The position numbers and the translations under genes are program-made. DNA of 64,000 nucleotides from positions 3,762 through 67,761 of the forward strand of contig JAUCBJ010000343.1 in assembly GCA_032718475.1 (NCBI GenBank), in the 5' to 3' direction. The notes under the pieces were generated by a model. The model made no database searches. It saw nothing but the letters and a program-made list of their open reading frames with translations, and was not told where the DNA came from. The DNA comes from Nemertoderma westbladi (lineage: Eukaryota; Animalia; Xenacoelomorpha). This document shows, piece after piece, positions 11,900-24,717 of the stretch (its first letter is position 1; each line of letters starts with the position of its first letter).

Positions 11900-14050
11900 T
11901 TTGAACCGTTTCAACAGATTGTTTCAGTATCTCACATACTGCGCGAACGCGGAGGTATCTAAAACGTGTCAACAGTTCGTTACACCATGTTGGAGTACGC
12001 CACGCGCTGCGCGAAGGTCTCTCAAACGTTTCAACATATTGTTACACAATGTTACAGTAAGCCACGTGCTGCGCGAAGGTCTCTTAAACATTTGAACAGC
12101 TTGTTATACAATGTTACAGTGCGCCACGTGCTGCGCGAAGGTCTCTCAAACGTTTCAACAAATTGTTACACAATGTTACAGTAAGCCACGTGCTCCGTGG
12201 AGGTCTCTTAAACGTTTCAACAGCTTGTTACACAATGTTACAGTTCTCTACATGCTGCCCATTCTGCTAAGTAGGGCATGTACGCCGAACGCGTTCGGCG
12301 CACAATTTTTTCCATAATTTGGAGCAGGCGCAGAAAATTGAGAGCGCAGCGCCGCGCAGCGCGCAGGCGCAGAAAATTTAGAGCGCGGCGCCACAGGCGC
12401 AGGCGCAGAAAATTGATAGCACGGCTCAGACTTGCACTACAGCACTAAGTCAGTACCGATAAGTAGACCTACCCGCTACCCCTGGCAGTCTGCTGACTAC
12501 CGGTAACAGGGTAATGACAATACAGATAAGACTGTAAGAAATACTGAAATAATAAGCCTCCTACTTGCTACTTGGCTGCTTGGTGTGCTTTAGGCCAGTA
12601 CAGCAGTAGGCAGGCAGGTACGTGGTAGGAGATTTCGCGCAGTATTTCTGCTGTGCGCGCCAATCTCGCGCAGAATTTCTGCTGCGCGCGCCAATCTCGC
12701 GCAGTTTTTTTGCTGCGCACGCGGATTTTGCACTGTTTTCGACTGCGCAGGCGCACAATTTTTTCTGCGCCGCGTCGCGTTCGGCGCACAAAAAAATCAC
12801 TTAGCATACAGGCATGCTGCGCGAAGGTCTCAAAAGTTTTAACAGATTGTTTCAGTATTTCACATACTGCGCGAAGGTCTCTCAAACGTTTCAACAGATT
12901 GTTTCAGTAGGGCCTACCCCATGTGCTGCACGAAGGTCTATTAAACGTTTCAACAGCTTTTTATAGAATGTTACAGTGCGCCATGTGCTGCGCGAAGGTC
13001 TCTCAAACGTTTCAACAGAATGTTACACAATGTTACAGTAAGCCACGTGCTGCGCGAAGGTCTCTTAAACATTTGAACAGCTTGTTACACAATGTTACAG
13101 TTCGCCACAAGCTGCGCAAAGGTCTCAAACGTTTCAACAGATTGTTTCAGTACCCCATGTGCTGCACGAAGGTCTATTAAACGTTTCAACAGCTTGTTAT
13201 ACAATGTTACAGTGTGCCATGTGCTGCGCGAAGGTCTCTCAAACGTTTCAACAGAATGTTACACAATGTTACAGTAAGCCACGTGCTGCGCGAAGGTCTC
13301 TTAAACATTTGAACAGCTTGTTACACAATGTTACAGTGCGCCACGTGCTGCGCGAAGGTCTCTCAAACGTTTCAACAGATTGTTACACAATGTTACAGTG
13401 CGCCACGTGCTGCGCGAAGGTCTCTCAAACGTTTCAACAGCTTGTTAGGCCTACACAATGTTACAGTAAACCACGTGCTGCGTGAAGGTCTCTTAAACAT
13501 TTGAACAGCTTGTTACACAATGTTACTGTGCGCCAAGTGCTGCGCGAAGGTCTCTTAAACATTTGAACAGCTTGTTACACAATGTTACAGTGCGCCACGT
13601 GCTGCGCGAAGGTCTCTCAAACGTTTCAACAGCTTGTTACAATGTTACAGCAAGCCACGTGCTCCGTGGAGGTCTCTTAAACGTTTCAACAGCTTGTTAC
13701 ACAATGTTACAGTTCTCCACATGCTGCGCGAAGGTCTCAAAAGTTTTAACAGATTGTTTCAGTATTTCACATACTGCGCGAAGGTCTCTCAAACGTTTCA
13801 TAAGATTGTTACACAATGTTACAGTATCGCATGTGCTGCACGAAGGTCTCTTAAACGTTTCAACAGATTGTTTCAGTATCCAACGTGCTGCACGAACGTC
13901 TCTTAAACGTTTCAATAGATTGTTACAGTGCCCCACATGCTGCACGGAGGTCTCTTAAACCTGTAAACGTTTCAATGGATTTGTTTCAGTATCTCACATA
14001 CTGTGTGAAGGACATGGAAGGTATCTTAATCATTTCAACAGATTGTTACA
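11900..14050 (+). repeat. Minisatellite, about 62-bp unit (with about 52-bp variants)
   Basis: Unit aaggtctctcaaacgtttcaacagattgttacacaatgttacagtgcgccacgtgctgcgcg repeated in tandem, interrupted at 12259-12812. Confidence 0.9.
12259..12812. mobile_element. 554-bp insertion with 8-bp TSD inside the minisatellite
   Basis: CATGCTGC at 12251-12258 and 12813-12820. An uninterrupted unit at about 13711-13750 has it once. Imperfect TIR ccattctgctaagt / acttagcatacagg; inverted gcgcag repeats inside. Confidence 0.8.
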
Positions 14051-14510
14051 GTTCTAGTTTTTAAAATCTATTTACGTATGTCAGTATGTACATTGACAAT
14101 GTGAAACAAAATAGAGTAAATAAGATAAATTTCATTCAGAAAGACAACTGTGGACTTAAAGTGCTAAGTGCTGTTATGTGCTGTTCAATAGAAACAATAC
14201 GCTACCCATTCTGCCATTGTCCTGCAGTGTACTGTACGTACAGTAGTATAGCAGTGTAGTGCTGATGGAAAGACAAAATTGGACCTAAAGTCCAAAATTG
14301 GATGTGCAAAACTTTAAATGTCGGTTTTCTTTGTGGTGCACCGTGAAATTTTCTCGTGCACGGTTAAAACTCTTATTTTGTAGTAAAGAACATGTAGGTT
14401 AAATTTCAGATCCCGTCTGAAAAAATTGTAGGCCGTGGAAAATTCACTGTAATTCATATCAAAATTAATTCCGATATTGGAATGGAAGTCCAATTTTGAC
14501 TTAGCAAGTT

Positions 14511-17500
14511 CAGTTAGGTACAATGGCCAAATCTGGCAACCTCAAAAGTTGCCACATATGGCAATGTTTATTGCCAAATCTGGCAACTTTTGGTTTTTCT
14601 AATTTTCGCACGCCCAGAAGCAAAATCGCATTTAGGTAAATAGGTAAGTGAAAAGAGCGCGAAATTTAAATAGAATTCACCGTATAAGAAAAAAAATCAT
14701 CGTCTGAATTTCTGTTAGCAATAGGCCGAAATGTGCCTAAAATAATTATTGCCATTTTTGGCAACCATTAAAATTAAAGTAAAATAATGGTTGCCATATT
14801 TGGCAACCATTATTATTGTGCAGCCCTGTCAGTTACTCTGTCATTGTAAATTACTTCAAAATTGCTTACTGCTGGCTTACCCTTGTCGTGTTGTGGTGAT
14901 TTATAAACATTAGTCGATGAAATGTCAGAATGAAGGTGAGGTGACCTGCGGCGAAGTGGCAGTGCGGCGAGGTGACCAGCACCCGCTATACATGATATGT
15001 TGTTATTGTCAATATGTTAATGTACAGCTTCAAAGGCTGAAATGGAACTAAACGTAATAATATTTGACAACATGAACATCACCACACCACAAGGCAGCAA
15101 GCATGCAAGGGGGCATTAAAGTTTGAGAAACGGAGTGACAGAAGAAAAATAGAATTTGTGTCAAAATTTAGAAAGACTGATAAAACCAAAACTTGTGTTA
15201 AAGATACAACCAAATTGTTTCTTAGTAGGTAGGCCCTAATGAAAAACGGGATGAAATGATTTTCATTATATGTACAGATGTAAGAATGGAAAGATAGATA
15301 TACTGATTATAGAGTGAAGGATGATTTAGATTGCAGTGCAATTGTATCAGCATTACACTTACAGTTACAATCTTTAACTATTATTAGTACAAGCAACAAT
15401 CAACCACCTCCCCAAGCAGCACCAGAGATTACTAGCAAAAATAAACTATCATCAGTCAGGCTGTGTTTGTGTTATTGACTCTCATTTATTAGGGTATATC
15501 GCTGTATTGGTTAGTTTGGTTAGAATATGCCACTATCTGCTGATCTGACTAGGGCCTATAGGCCTAAGTATAACCTGGCCCAACCCCTAAATATTTCAGG
15601 CTGTCAGTATCTAAGGAATGACCATAGACCCAGGTTGGAATTTATGTAGAGTTTGCTCAACATGTGTGGCGCGGATTAAGGATCCTGGCGCGTAGTGACA
15701 GGGGCGTGTGGCGCGGATTAAGGATCCTGGCGCGTAGTGACAGGGGCGTGTGGCGCGCATTGAGGATCCTGGCGGTCCTGGCGCGAATATGGATGTAGGG
15801 TTAGGTTGGGATAGTAGGAGGTAGCGTAGCAGTGCACTAGCAACACATCCCACTCTACAGCTCTATTTGAAATTATTCCATAGGTTTAAAAAGGGGTTTG
15901 ACTAAATACGCCACCGACAACCACCGACACCTTTCGCATACCACCGACTACCACCGACAACAAAAGACACAAACCGACACAAACCGACAGGTAAAATCAC
16001 AAACCGACAGTATACTGACAACTTCGGCAATGTTAGTAAACTATTTCAGTACATGATTATACAATTTTTATTTCCAGTCCAAATATTTATAACAAATTAT
16101 ACCCAGTAAAAAATCCCCATGCGTAACGCATTAGTGCCACATCAGCACATGCAACATTCGTAAAAGGCTGAAAGGTGCGTGGAATGTTATTTAAGATTCG
16201 TGAAGCCTTCGTCTGTTCGTCAGTGGTTCGTCAGTCCGAATAATTTAGGTAACGAATGCGTATAGTATTCGTATCGCATGTGAGATTTCACTTGTCAATA
16301 TATTCGTGGCTCATCATTCGTGGCACATGTGATACGAATGCTTCCACTCCACGCAAAAAATAATTCGTGGTTCATTCGTTCGTGGCACATCATGCATAGC
16401 CGCGCCACGCTTAAAATTATTCGTGGTCCATTCGTGACGTGACGCAAGCGATATGCGTGCAAAGCATTCTCAATTAGAGTACATACTGTAATTTGGCCAA
16501 TCACAATTCGGCAAATAATCGAACATGGTGTTATTTAGTTCAGTAGTTAGTATCGTTCAAAGGCGCTTTGAAAGCTTATGTAAACCTGTTCCCTTTACCA
16601 ACATGCTTTATATAATATCTAGAGGTAATGTACTGTAGGCTAGGTGAGATAAATAAAATGACAACATAAAACTACTGCAGTAACTTAGGGAACTACAGTA
16701 TGTATGTAGGCACCGACCCCCCCACCACCCGTAGTTATACATATTTGTAGTATTAGTAGTCATATTTGGACTGGAAATAAACATTGTATAATCATGTACT
16801 GAACTGCTGAAATAGTTTACTAACATTGCCGAAGTTGTCGGTTTGTGATTTTACCTGTCGGTTTGTGTCGGTTTTGTGTCTTTTGTTGTCGGTGGTTGTC
16901 GGTGGTATGCGAAACGTGTCGGTGGTTGTCGGTGGCGTATTTAGTCAAACCCTTTAAAAAGATTGAAAAATGTCCGCTCGCTTCGCTCGCGTTTATACTG
17001 TAAATCTACTCTTTAGTACTGTCTGGCTGTGGACAAATGGAAACGGACAGATTGAGCATGACCATTAAAAACATGACTTGTTGTTTCAAAAGTTTTTTAA
17101 TTGTCAGATTCTTCAAACCAATAAAACCATGAAAGCCTGCATGATTCAGCAGAATTTCCGTGCTCGCTACGCTCGCAATTTACCGGTAATGACATCTGCA
17201 TTTGAAAACAGTCGGTTTGCCAACTTTAAATGCTGAAATTTTAAAATTTTCGTGCTCGCTACGCTCGCATCTTGATCACATCTGCATTTAAAAACAGTCA
17301 GTTGACGTTGACCTACTACTACTACTACTACAACTACAGCAGCACTGTCTGACTATTACTGTCAGACTGTATTTATGTTAACATAATTGGAAAATGTCCT
17401 TGCTCGCTACGCTCGCATTTTAATGTTAACATAGGGCCTACTGTCAGACTGTAGGGCTACCGAATTCAGGAATTATAAACTGATAAATTATTACAATTAA

Positions 17501-17839
17501 GCAATTACTGCAAAATTTCATAGTCAATTGTTGGCTTGGCGCGCATTAGATTTCATGGCTGGCGCGATTTTCGTTTAACCAGAACGCGTGTGGCGCGCTT
17601 TTTGTCAGTATTCCATATAGGCCATAGACTGACAGGACTTAATGATTCAGAAGTCAGAACCATACACCATATGGATATAAGCTATAGGCCTATTCAATGA
17701 GTTAGTTAAGTTGCCAAATATGGCAACAACGGGTTTATATAGTTGCCAAATCAGGCAATCAGAAATGTTGCAAGATTTTGCTTGGTTGCCAAATATGGCA
17801 ATCACAACCATTGCCAGATTTGGCCATTGTACCTAACTG
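14511..17839. mobile_element. Second CAG...CTG element with 5-bp TSD (nest layer 3)
   Basis: TIR cagttaggtacaatggccaaatctggcaa / ttgccagatttggccattgtacctaactg. TSD AAGTT at 14506-14510 and 17840-17844. ttgcca/tggcaa subterminal repeats. Confidence 0.85.
15894..16952. mobile_element. MULE-type MITE with about 190-bp TIRs (nest layer 4)
   Basis: gggtttgactaaatacgccaccgacaacc / ggttgtcggtggcgtatttagtcaaaccc. 9-bp TSD TTTAAAAAG at 15885-15893 and 16953-16961. Confidence 0.9.
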
Positions 17840-20270
17840 AAGTTCCAAAATTGGATCAAGTCCAAAATCGCCTATATCACCGACTGAAGTAGGCCCACCT
17901 GTCAGCCTGTCTGAAGTCCTGGAAGTCTGCATGTGTGCAGTGCACTTCTTACTGGTCCGCAATGCGGCAATGCCTAATCCAGTACCGTAATCTCTAAAAT
18001 CACATACAGACATAGCAGCATACTGCTGTACTGGCATAGGCCTATGGGCTACGGATTATTCTCCATAGGAATCCATTACATACGCACATACGCGTATGTC
18101 AGTAGGCCTATCAGCTGTCAGCCAGTCAGCCTATGTCAGTATGTACATACGGCAAATGCATACGGACAGACGGACGGATACGGCGAAAAGTTATACCCGT
18201 TTACCTTTCAGTCATTGTTTGTCGAGACGAGAACTGACGAAATGTATGTATAGGCCTACTTCCCATTAGACTACGACTACATGTTCTCATTGTTCCATGT
18301 TCTGACTGCTGATGATGTTATTTAAAGAAAACTAGGCTGTAGGCACTACCGCAGTACACAGTAGGCTACTCAGCTACTGGCTGACTGGTTAGATACGATA
18401 CAGGGCACAGGCTGACAGGGCTGCAGGGGGCCATCCTGAGTGCTGATTTCAGAATCACACCAAGTCACAAAAAAATTGAAAAGTAAACAGTAAAAGAGTT
18501 ACAGTGGTAGCCAGAACCAGAACTGCAGAAGCTGAGAAGCAGAGAAGACAGGAAGGAACTAAAACAATAAACGATTTCTGGATTTGCAAAAACAAAAGAG
18601 CAGAAAATTGCAAAAAAAACAGCTGTACCGGCTGTACCAGCTGTACAGCTGTATCTAAGATCTAACCAGTCCCGAAAACTGTACAGCTGCCTGCGCAGCG
18701 GTCAGCCCGGACGCTGCTAACTATCAGTGCTGCAGTGTCAGAGTCAGACTGTGTTCAGACTGTACGATACCGGTACAGCAGTAGGGTACCTAGCTACAGC
18801 ATACAGTATGCAGTACAAGTATAAACACTACCTGTCAGCCTGTATACTGCTATAAAAGCGAACAAGCCACACAAGCGACATAAGCCAACCATCAGGCAGT
18901 CAGGAGAAGGGGTACCTACAGTCCATGTGCAAAATGAATAAATCTGAAAGGTGAAAAAAATGTAAATCTTGAGATATGTTGTATGAAAAATATGTAAGTG
19001 ACTGGATATATTTTGGCAAAGGGACATGTCATTTTTGCATTTTTTAATTGATGCTTTTTATAATCGACTTTCGTTAACCATTCGACAATGTAAATTTATT
19101 TTCTTTTTTGTCGGTTTAAATTTTTCTAATCTCTTTATTAAGGTAGGTGCTAAAATGCACAACAAGCAACAATGACCAAACAACGAGCAACAACGAGCAA
19201 CAATGAGTAACAATGACCAACAAAGAGCAACAACGATGAGCAACAACCCAGTTAAACATGAGTATGTGTTTCATATATGGTTGCCATAAATAATTCGACA
19301 TGTGATACATATATGTAAATGTTATACAGTGTTGTCAAATGTGATCCATATGTGGAATGTTCACATCCCGGGTTGAAATTCTTAGTATATTTCCTAAGTT
19401 CAAAACAAGTCTGCTTAGTAAGACTTAGAACGCTTAGCAACGCTGGTGCCAAGGGTGAGTAAAGTCCTTAACAAATTTTCCAATTTTATAAAAAGGACAT
19501 TGCAAGTTTATAATGTTTAGCAAGTTGTTGCTATGCGACTGACAAGTATTACAGGATATATAAACGTGCTTTATATGTAACCGATGATATATGCAAGCAC
19601 TTTGCAAGTGTATTGAACTAATAACATGCGCATTACAAATATAGCATATACAGTATCTCTAACCTATATATTCCCGGCACTAGTTCGAACCTGCGTCGCT
19701 AATTTTTTTAAGTAATAATTATTTTTGAAAAATATATATTATGGGAAGAGTAGTGGAGTGGCGAATGAAAGTAAGTGATTACCCCCCCCCCCCCCCCCCC
19801 CCCCCCCCTCCCATCATTAGATAAGAGAAACAACACATGGAACATCATCATAGTGAGTGATGTATGATTGAAACATAGCACATGTGTTCGGTTTGATACT
19901 CTTTGTTGCCCCCCCCCCCCTCCCCCCCACCCCACCATCACATATGTAGACAAATTAATACAGAGACTCTTAATGTTTTTAATATAAACAACATAATCAA
20001 CAAACATATTATTACTCATAGATTACATAGATATATACACATCATATATAAATGCGTAAATACTGTAGGTCTACACTAAAACACAGTTACGTCGAAAACT
20101 TAATCAAAAAGTTCAAAAATGGTATTCCTAATTTCTGCAATAAAACTATTTAATTCAAATTTGTAATCTTATCAAGTACTACAGTAGATTACGACGAAAT
20201 AAAATAAAAAATTTATCACCCGTCATATAAAGATACTATCGGTAATAAAATCATCATATATTATAATTAT

Positions 20271-20857
20271 TGTGAGCGGATTCAATTCCGCCTCACCAAC
20301 CCCCATAAAGTTGGGAAACGGCGCCTTTAAGCAATATTGGGGAATACGAGATTGATTACCAATCAACCTCGTATCACCCCAATAAACGGGGACGACAAAC
20401 CCCCAAAGGGCCGCACACAATAGAGGTCAGAGGTTAAGCCTCCGGGAAAGGGAAAGTGACAGTAGCAAGGGGGAAACACTCCCACAGAGGTGGGATCCGA
20501 GAATTAGGTTATTGGCCAATGGGGGGCAAGCATCGACTGAGTAGTAAGGCCCCAAAGTAAGTAATCAATATATATTACCGGTCAGTGTCATATCACAGTT
20601 AGTTATCTCAGTCATCTAAGGCTGATCGGTGACATTTCTATACCGTCACCACCGTCACCATCATTACCGGTACTACAGTAGAACCATACACTGTAAACTA
20701 ACTACATCATACCATCAACTGTGCTATTGTATCTTATTGTCATATATTTACCGTCTACATTAATATCAGAACAACAACGAACTATTATCTTCCTTTTCCA
20801 ACGGTACGGTGACGCGTAATACAAACTAACCGGTCGGGATCCTCTGATCCCGTCACA
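20271..20857 (+). repeat. 5' LTR of Bel/Pao element 1
   Basis: tgtgagcgg...cccgtcaca, duplicated at 25829-26416. Confidence 0.95.
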
Positions 20858-20911
20858 GTATAGAAATCTAAGGACTGCCAAACTGTGACTGCCAGACACC
20901 AAAGAGTAAAG

Positions 20912-23900
20912 ATGAGCCAAGAGGGAGAGAGGACACCGCCGCGGACCCCGGACGACAACCTAACTATCCGCGAGGCTGCGGCGCGACGGTATCGACCCAT
21001 GACGCCGGATCCGTCGACTACAGACGATCCGGCAATCCAAGCGGAGGGGGGCCATCTACAACCGAGAGGGGAAGAGTCGACGCACAGCGGCGGTCGGAGC
21101 ACCGGAGTCGCCGGCCAGCCACAGGCCGAGGGCGACGGACGGCCCAACGGAACAGCGACGGTGGGGCCGCCGGTACGACGCCGAACACGGAGAGAAAGAG
21201 GGGATGTTGGCGACGAGGACGTCGGAGTCAGCGATCGGCTCCGACGAGCCTACAACGCAACCAGAAAACAGCTGAGGGAAGCCAAAGAAGGGGCAAAGAT
21301 GGAGCAGGTGAAGTTAGAGAAGCGGCTAGGTGAGTCGAATAAACATTTTGATTATCTAGTGCGCTTTGGGCAGGGAGAACTAGCCAATGAGAGAGCGAGA
21401 GGGGTCGTCACCGAACTGTTCGAACTGTGGGAATGTAGGGGTATGGAGCCTGGTGTAGTGTACATAGGGCCATACTTAGTTGATGCCCGGGGAATTAAGT
21501 TAGTGGGTTGGAGGGGACCGCAGGAGGGCGAATCCGAGGTTAACCCCGAGGATTCGGTCTCGTCGGTCAACGAAAACCCCGGAGAGCGGGGGAAAGTTAG
21601 CAGGACAGAGAGGCGACGGGAGTCCGTCGTGACCGATAAGTCCGCTACATCCTCCGCGAAAGAAAGAAGGGTGTTAGAAATAGATCTGGTGGATCTGGTG
21701 GGGTCGAACTCCGGAAGATTGCCGTCACCCCGGAGAAACGCACCGCACGCCAAGAGAAGGGTACAGGACGTACCGATACGAAGACGAGAACAGGAGAGGG
21801 GATCGAAGAGAAACTTCCTGACGGGATATAGCTGCCGATCGAGAGTACGGTAGTCGCGGGGAGATTCGAGATCCGAGAAGATTAAACTTCGGTTCGGAAG
21901 GGCACATGCAGACTGCAGGACATACTGTAGGCCTTACTGCACATACTATTATAGGCCATGCTGGGAGAGATAGTGTAGGTGATAGGGTAGCGCGGACGAC
22001 GGGATAAGATCCGGAAGTTGCGGAGTACATGCCTGTAGGTAGGCAAGAAGTAGATAGGCCTATATCGGTACCAGCACAGCAGCATGACTATAATATCCAG
22101 GGACATAACATATATCCAGGGGAGGGGAGAGTTATTGCAGATAGATGTATGGGCCCCAATATATTAACATCAACCCCAGTACCAAACATACCGGTGGGGG
22201 GGGGGGGGGCAGGGTGACATTCCCCCATTACAATATCAACAATATACTCGAACAGCAATGAGTACATCGAACCCCCTGGACGAGAACAGGTCGTGCGACA
22301 CGGAAATATGGAGGGGGCCATTACCCCCAATGATATATCCGACACAAGTTAGGTCAACAGACAGGACGGGCGGACCGCACCCAACGGGAGAATCTGTACA
22401 GCATCCATCGAACCCATTGGAAGCACAGGCAATGGGAATGGCGACACTAATCGATGCACTAAAGACTAGGATCGAGTTACCACCAGTCGAGCCATTTAAA
22501 TTCGACGGAAGTAGGACGGAAGAATACCTGCAATTTTGGCGCATGTACAGCAACGAGATATTAAGTAAGAACTTGACGCAGGCGGAGTGCCTAAAATATC
22601 TACAAGTGTATACAGGAGGCCCAGCATACGACATCGTGAGGCAGTACCAGGGCATCGAGGGTGGCTTCACGACAGCATGGCGGGCGCTAGACAGGGAGTA
22701 CGGGCACCCGGCCAAGATCATCCGGCAGACCCTGAGAGGTATAACATCGGGTGGCCTACAGGATAACCCCTCTAGCATAAAGACGTTTGCGAACAAAGTC
22801 GAGAAGGCGTTAATCGTGCTGAAGACACTAGACGCGCCATACGAACTCAACGCATCTAATAACATCACCACAATAGCGCAGGCACTGCCGATCTGGCTGC
22901 GGAGCAAGTGGAGGAAGATCGCCTTCTCCACTCGGGAGAAGAATGGTGCGGAGCCGGGGCTAGAGGAAATGTCAAACTTCTCAACTACGAAGCCGAGTTG
23001 ATCACAGACCCAGTCTATAGTGAGGATAGTTTGGGGAAGGCGCCAAAGACCGAATACAACAGGCCTAAACCCGAACACAATCCTGCAGATCCATTCCCGA
23101 GAGTAAGACAGTCGCTACCACACGCGGCCATACAGGGGGCTACAAGCCCACAGTTAGCTGGGAGTAGGGCCACACCGTGGCAGGGACAGAAAGAAAATAA
23201 CACCACAAATAAACATAATCCCAACATACCCAGTAGGCCGAATCTAGATAACCAAAACACTAAATTGGTAGATATAAACCTACGCGCGATATATGAAGGA
23301 CTATACAGGGAACGCTATATTCCAGGATTCGAATGTCAATTACATCGGGACGGAACCCATAAGACCATGAGTTGTAAGCACTGGCAAGCGTTGCCCAAAC
23401 AAGATCGTATAGCCTACACAGACGCAAACGGACTATGTCATCGATGTGTGGTAGAAGGACACAGATCCGGAGAGTGTAGAGAAACAGCAGCAAGAGAGGA
23501 TGAGACTGGAGGCCAAACCATGGCTACAAGCACGACAGTAGCAAGAAAAAAGAGGAAAGTACTACTCGGGGTAGTACCTGTTAAGATATCAGGAAAGGGC
23601 GGTCGATCAGTTACAACATTAATGCTGGTCGACAGCGGAGCAGCCTTCACGCTGGTGGAGAACTGGGTGGCCAAAGAGATAGGGCTAAAGACGAGGCCGA
23701 ATATGATTGCGGTAACTACCGTCTCAAGTAAGGATGAGGTCCTGGAGATGAGGATGGGGCGGTGCAAGATTAGCAGCGATAGCACCGGGATGCGATTATG
23801 GGGCGACGATCGACCCCATCCATGTGATAGAATCGATAAATATCAACACCAGGCGACCAACCAACATCGAAGTCAAACAATATAGATTCCTGGACAGTAT

Positions 23901-24717
23901 CGATTTCTCAATACCAAAGGTGGACGTTAGGAAGGTATCCATTATAGTAGGAATGGACTGCCCCACGGCCCACGAGAGAATGCAGACAGTCTTCGGCGAA
24001 GACAGATAGCGGGATCCGACGGCGATCCTCACGCCGTTCGGATGGACGCTTAGCGGCCCAGTTAAAACCAAGATTCCATCCGGGGTGACGGAGACATCAG
24101 GATGCATGTTACCAGGCACTGTAGACACAGAGGACGAAGAGAAGAAACAGGAGATGGTAGATGAGCAAGACGGGGAAGTAACAGTAGGAGAGTGGGCGGA
24201 GGAGAATGGATTTGATGCGGAAGATTTAGAGGCAACGGGATGGAACAAGGGTCCCAGCAAGTATCGGTATGGAGATGGAGAGGAGCGGACGGCGAGATGT
24301 CCAGAGGATAACCCGGAGGAGTGTCCGGTGGAGTGTCAGGAGGACAATGGTCCGGAGGAGTGTCCAGAGGAGTGTCCGGAAGAGACGCCGGTCCGGTCGG
24401 GAGGCATACCGACAAGGGGGAGATCGAGTAAGAAGACAGGATGGAAAGGGATAGGATTACTATTGTTCGTTCTGTTTTGTCTGTTCTTTCAGTTTCGTTC
24501 CATTCTGCCGCCGGGAGGCGACCAGCCGAAGGGTGGAATTTTGTTGCCAGGAGACGAGGAAGTTAAGAAGGCGGCGGAGAGACCCGATTTTAGGGTGGCA
24601 GAAGAGGGAGAACCAATTCCTGGTGAGTTGGAATTTGCGAAGAGAGTGTGGCGAATCCTACAGGACCTACAAGGGGAGCAGTGGGAGAGTGCCTGTTGGA
24701 AGAATCGCCCTAGTTAG
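20912..24717 (+). pseudogene. Disrupted Bel/Pao gag-protease polyprotein with vestigial pol tail
   Basis: Pieces in several frames: N-terminal ORF 20885-21853; gag core LPPVEPFKFDG...LKYLQVYTGGPA...ALDREYG (22258-23001); knuckle CHRCVVEGHRSGEC; protease LVDSGA; TPFGWTLSGP; then only short pol-like remnants (WNKGP, VPVGRIALV). Confidence 0.8.

Larger units (their letters stand above)
11092..17886. mobile_element. Non-autonomous DNA transposon with CAG...CTG ends and 5-bp TSD (nest layer 2)
   Basis: TIR cagtcggtgatataggcgattttggactt / aagtccaaaatcgcctatatcaccgactg. TSD AAGTA at 11087-11091 and 17887-17891. Confidence 0.85.
10057..18198. mobile_element. Long-TIR MULE-type non-autonomous element (outer layer of a nest)
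   Basis: Termini gggtataacttttcgccgtatcc / ggatacggcgaaaagttataccc. 9-bp TSD GTTTACCTT at 10048-10056 and 18199-18207. Confidence 0.85.

Noticed and set aside
19782-19935. Poly-C tracts as G-quadruplex or regulatory elements
   Set aside because: Simple homopolymers with no supporting context.
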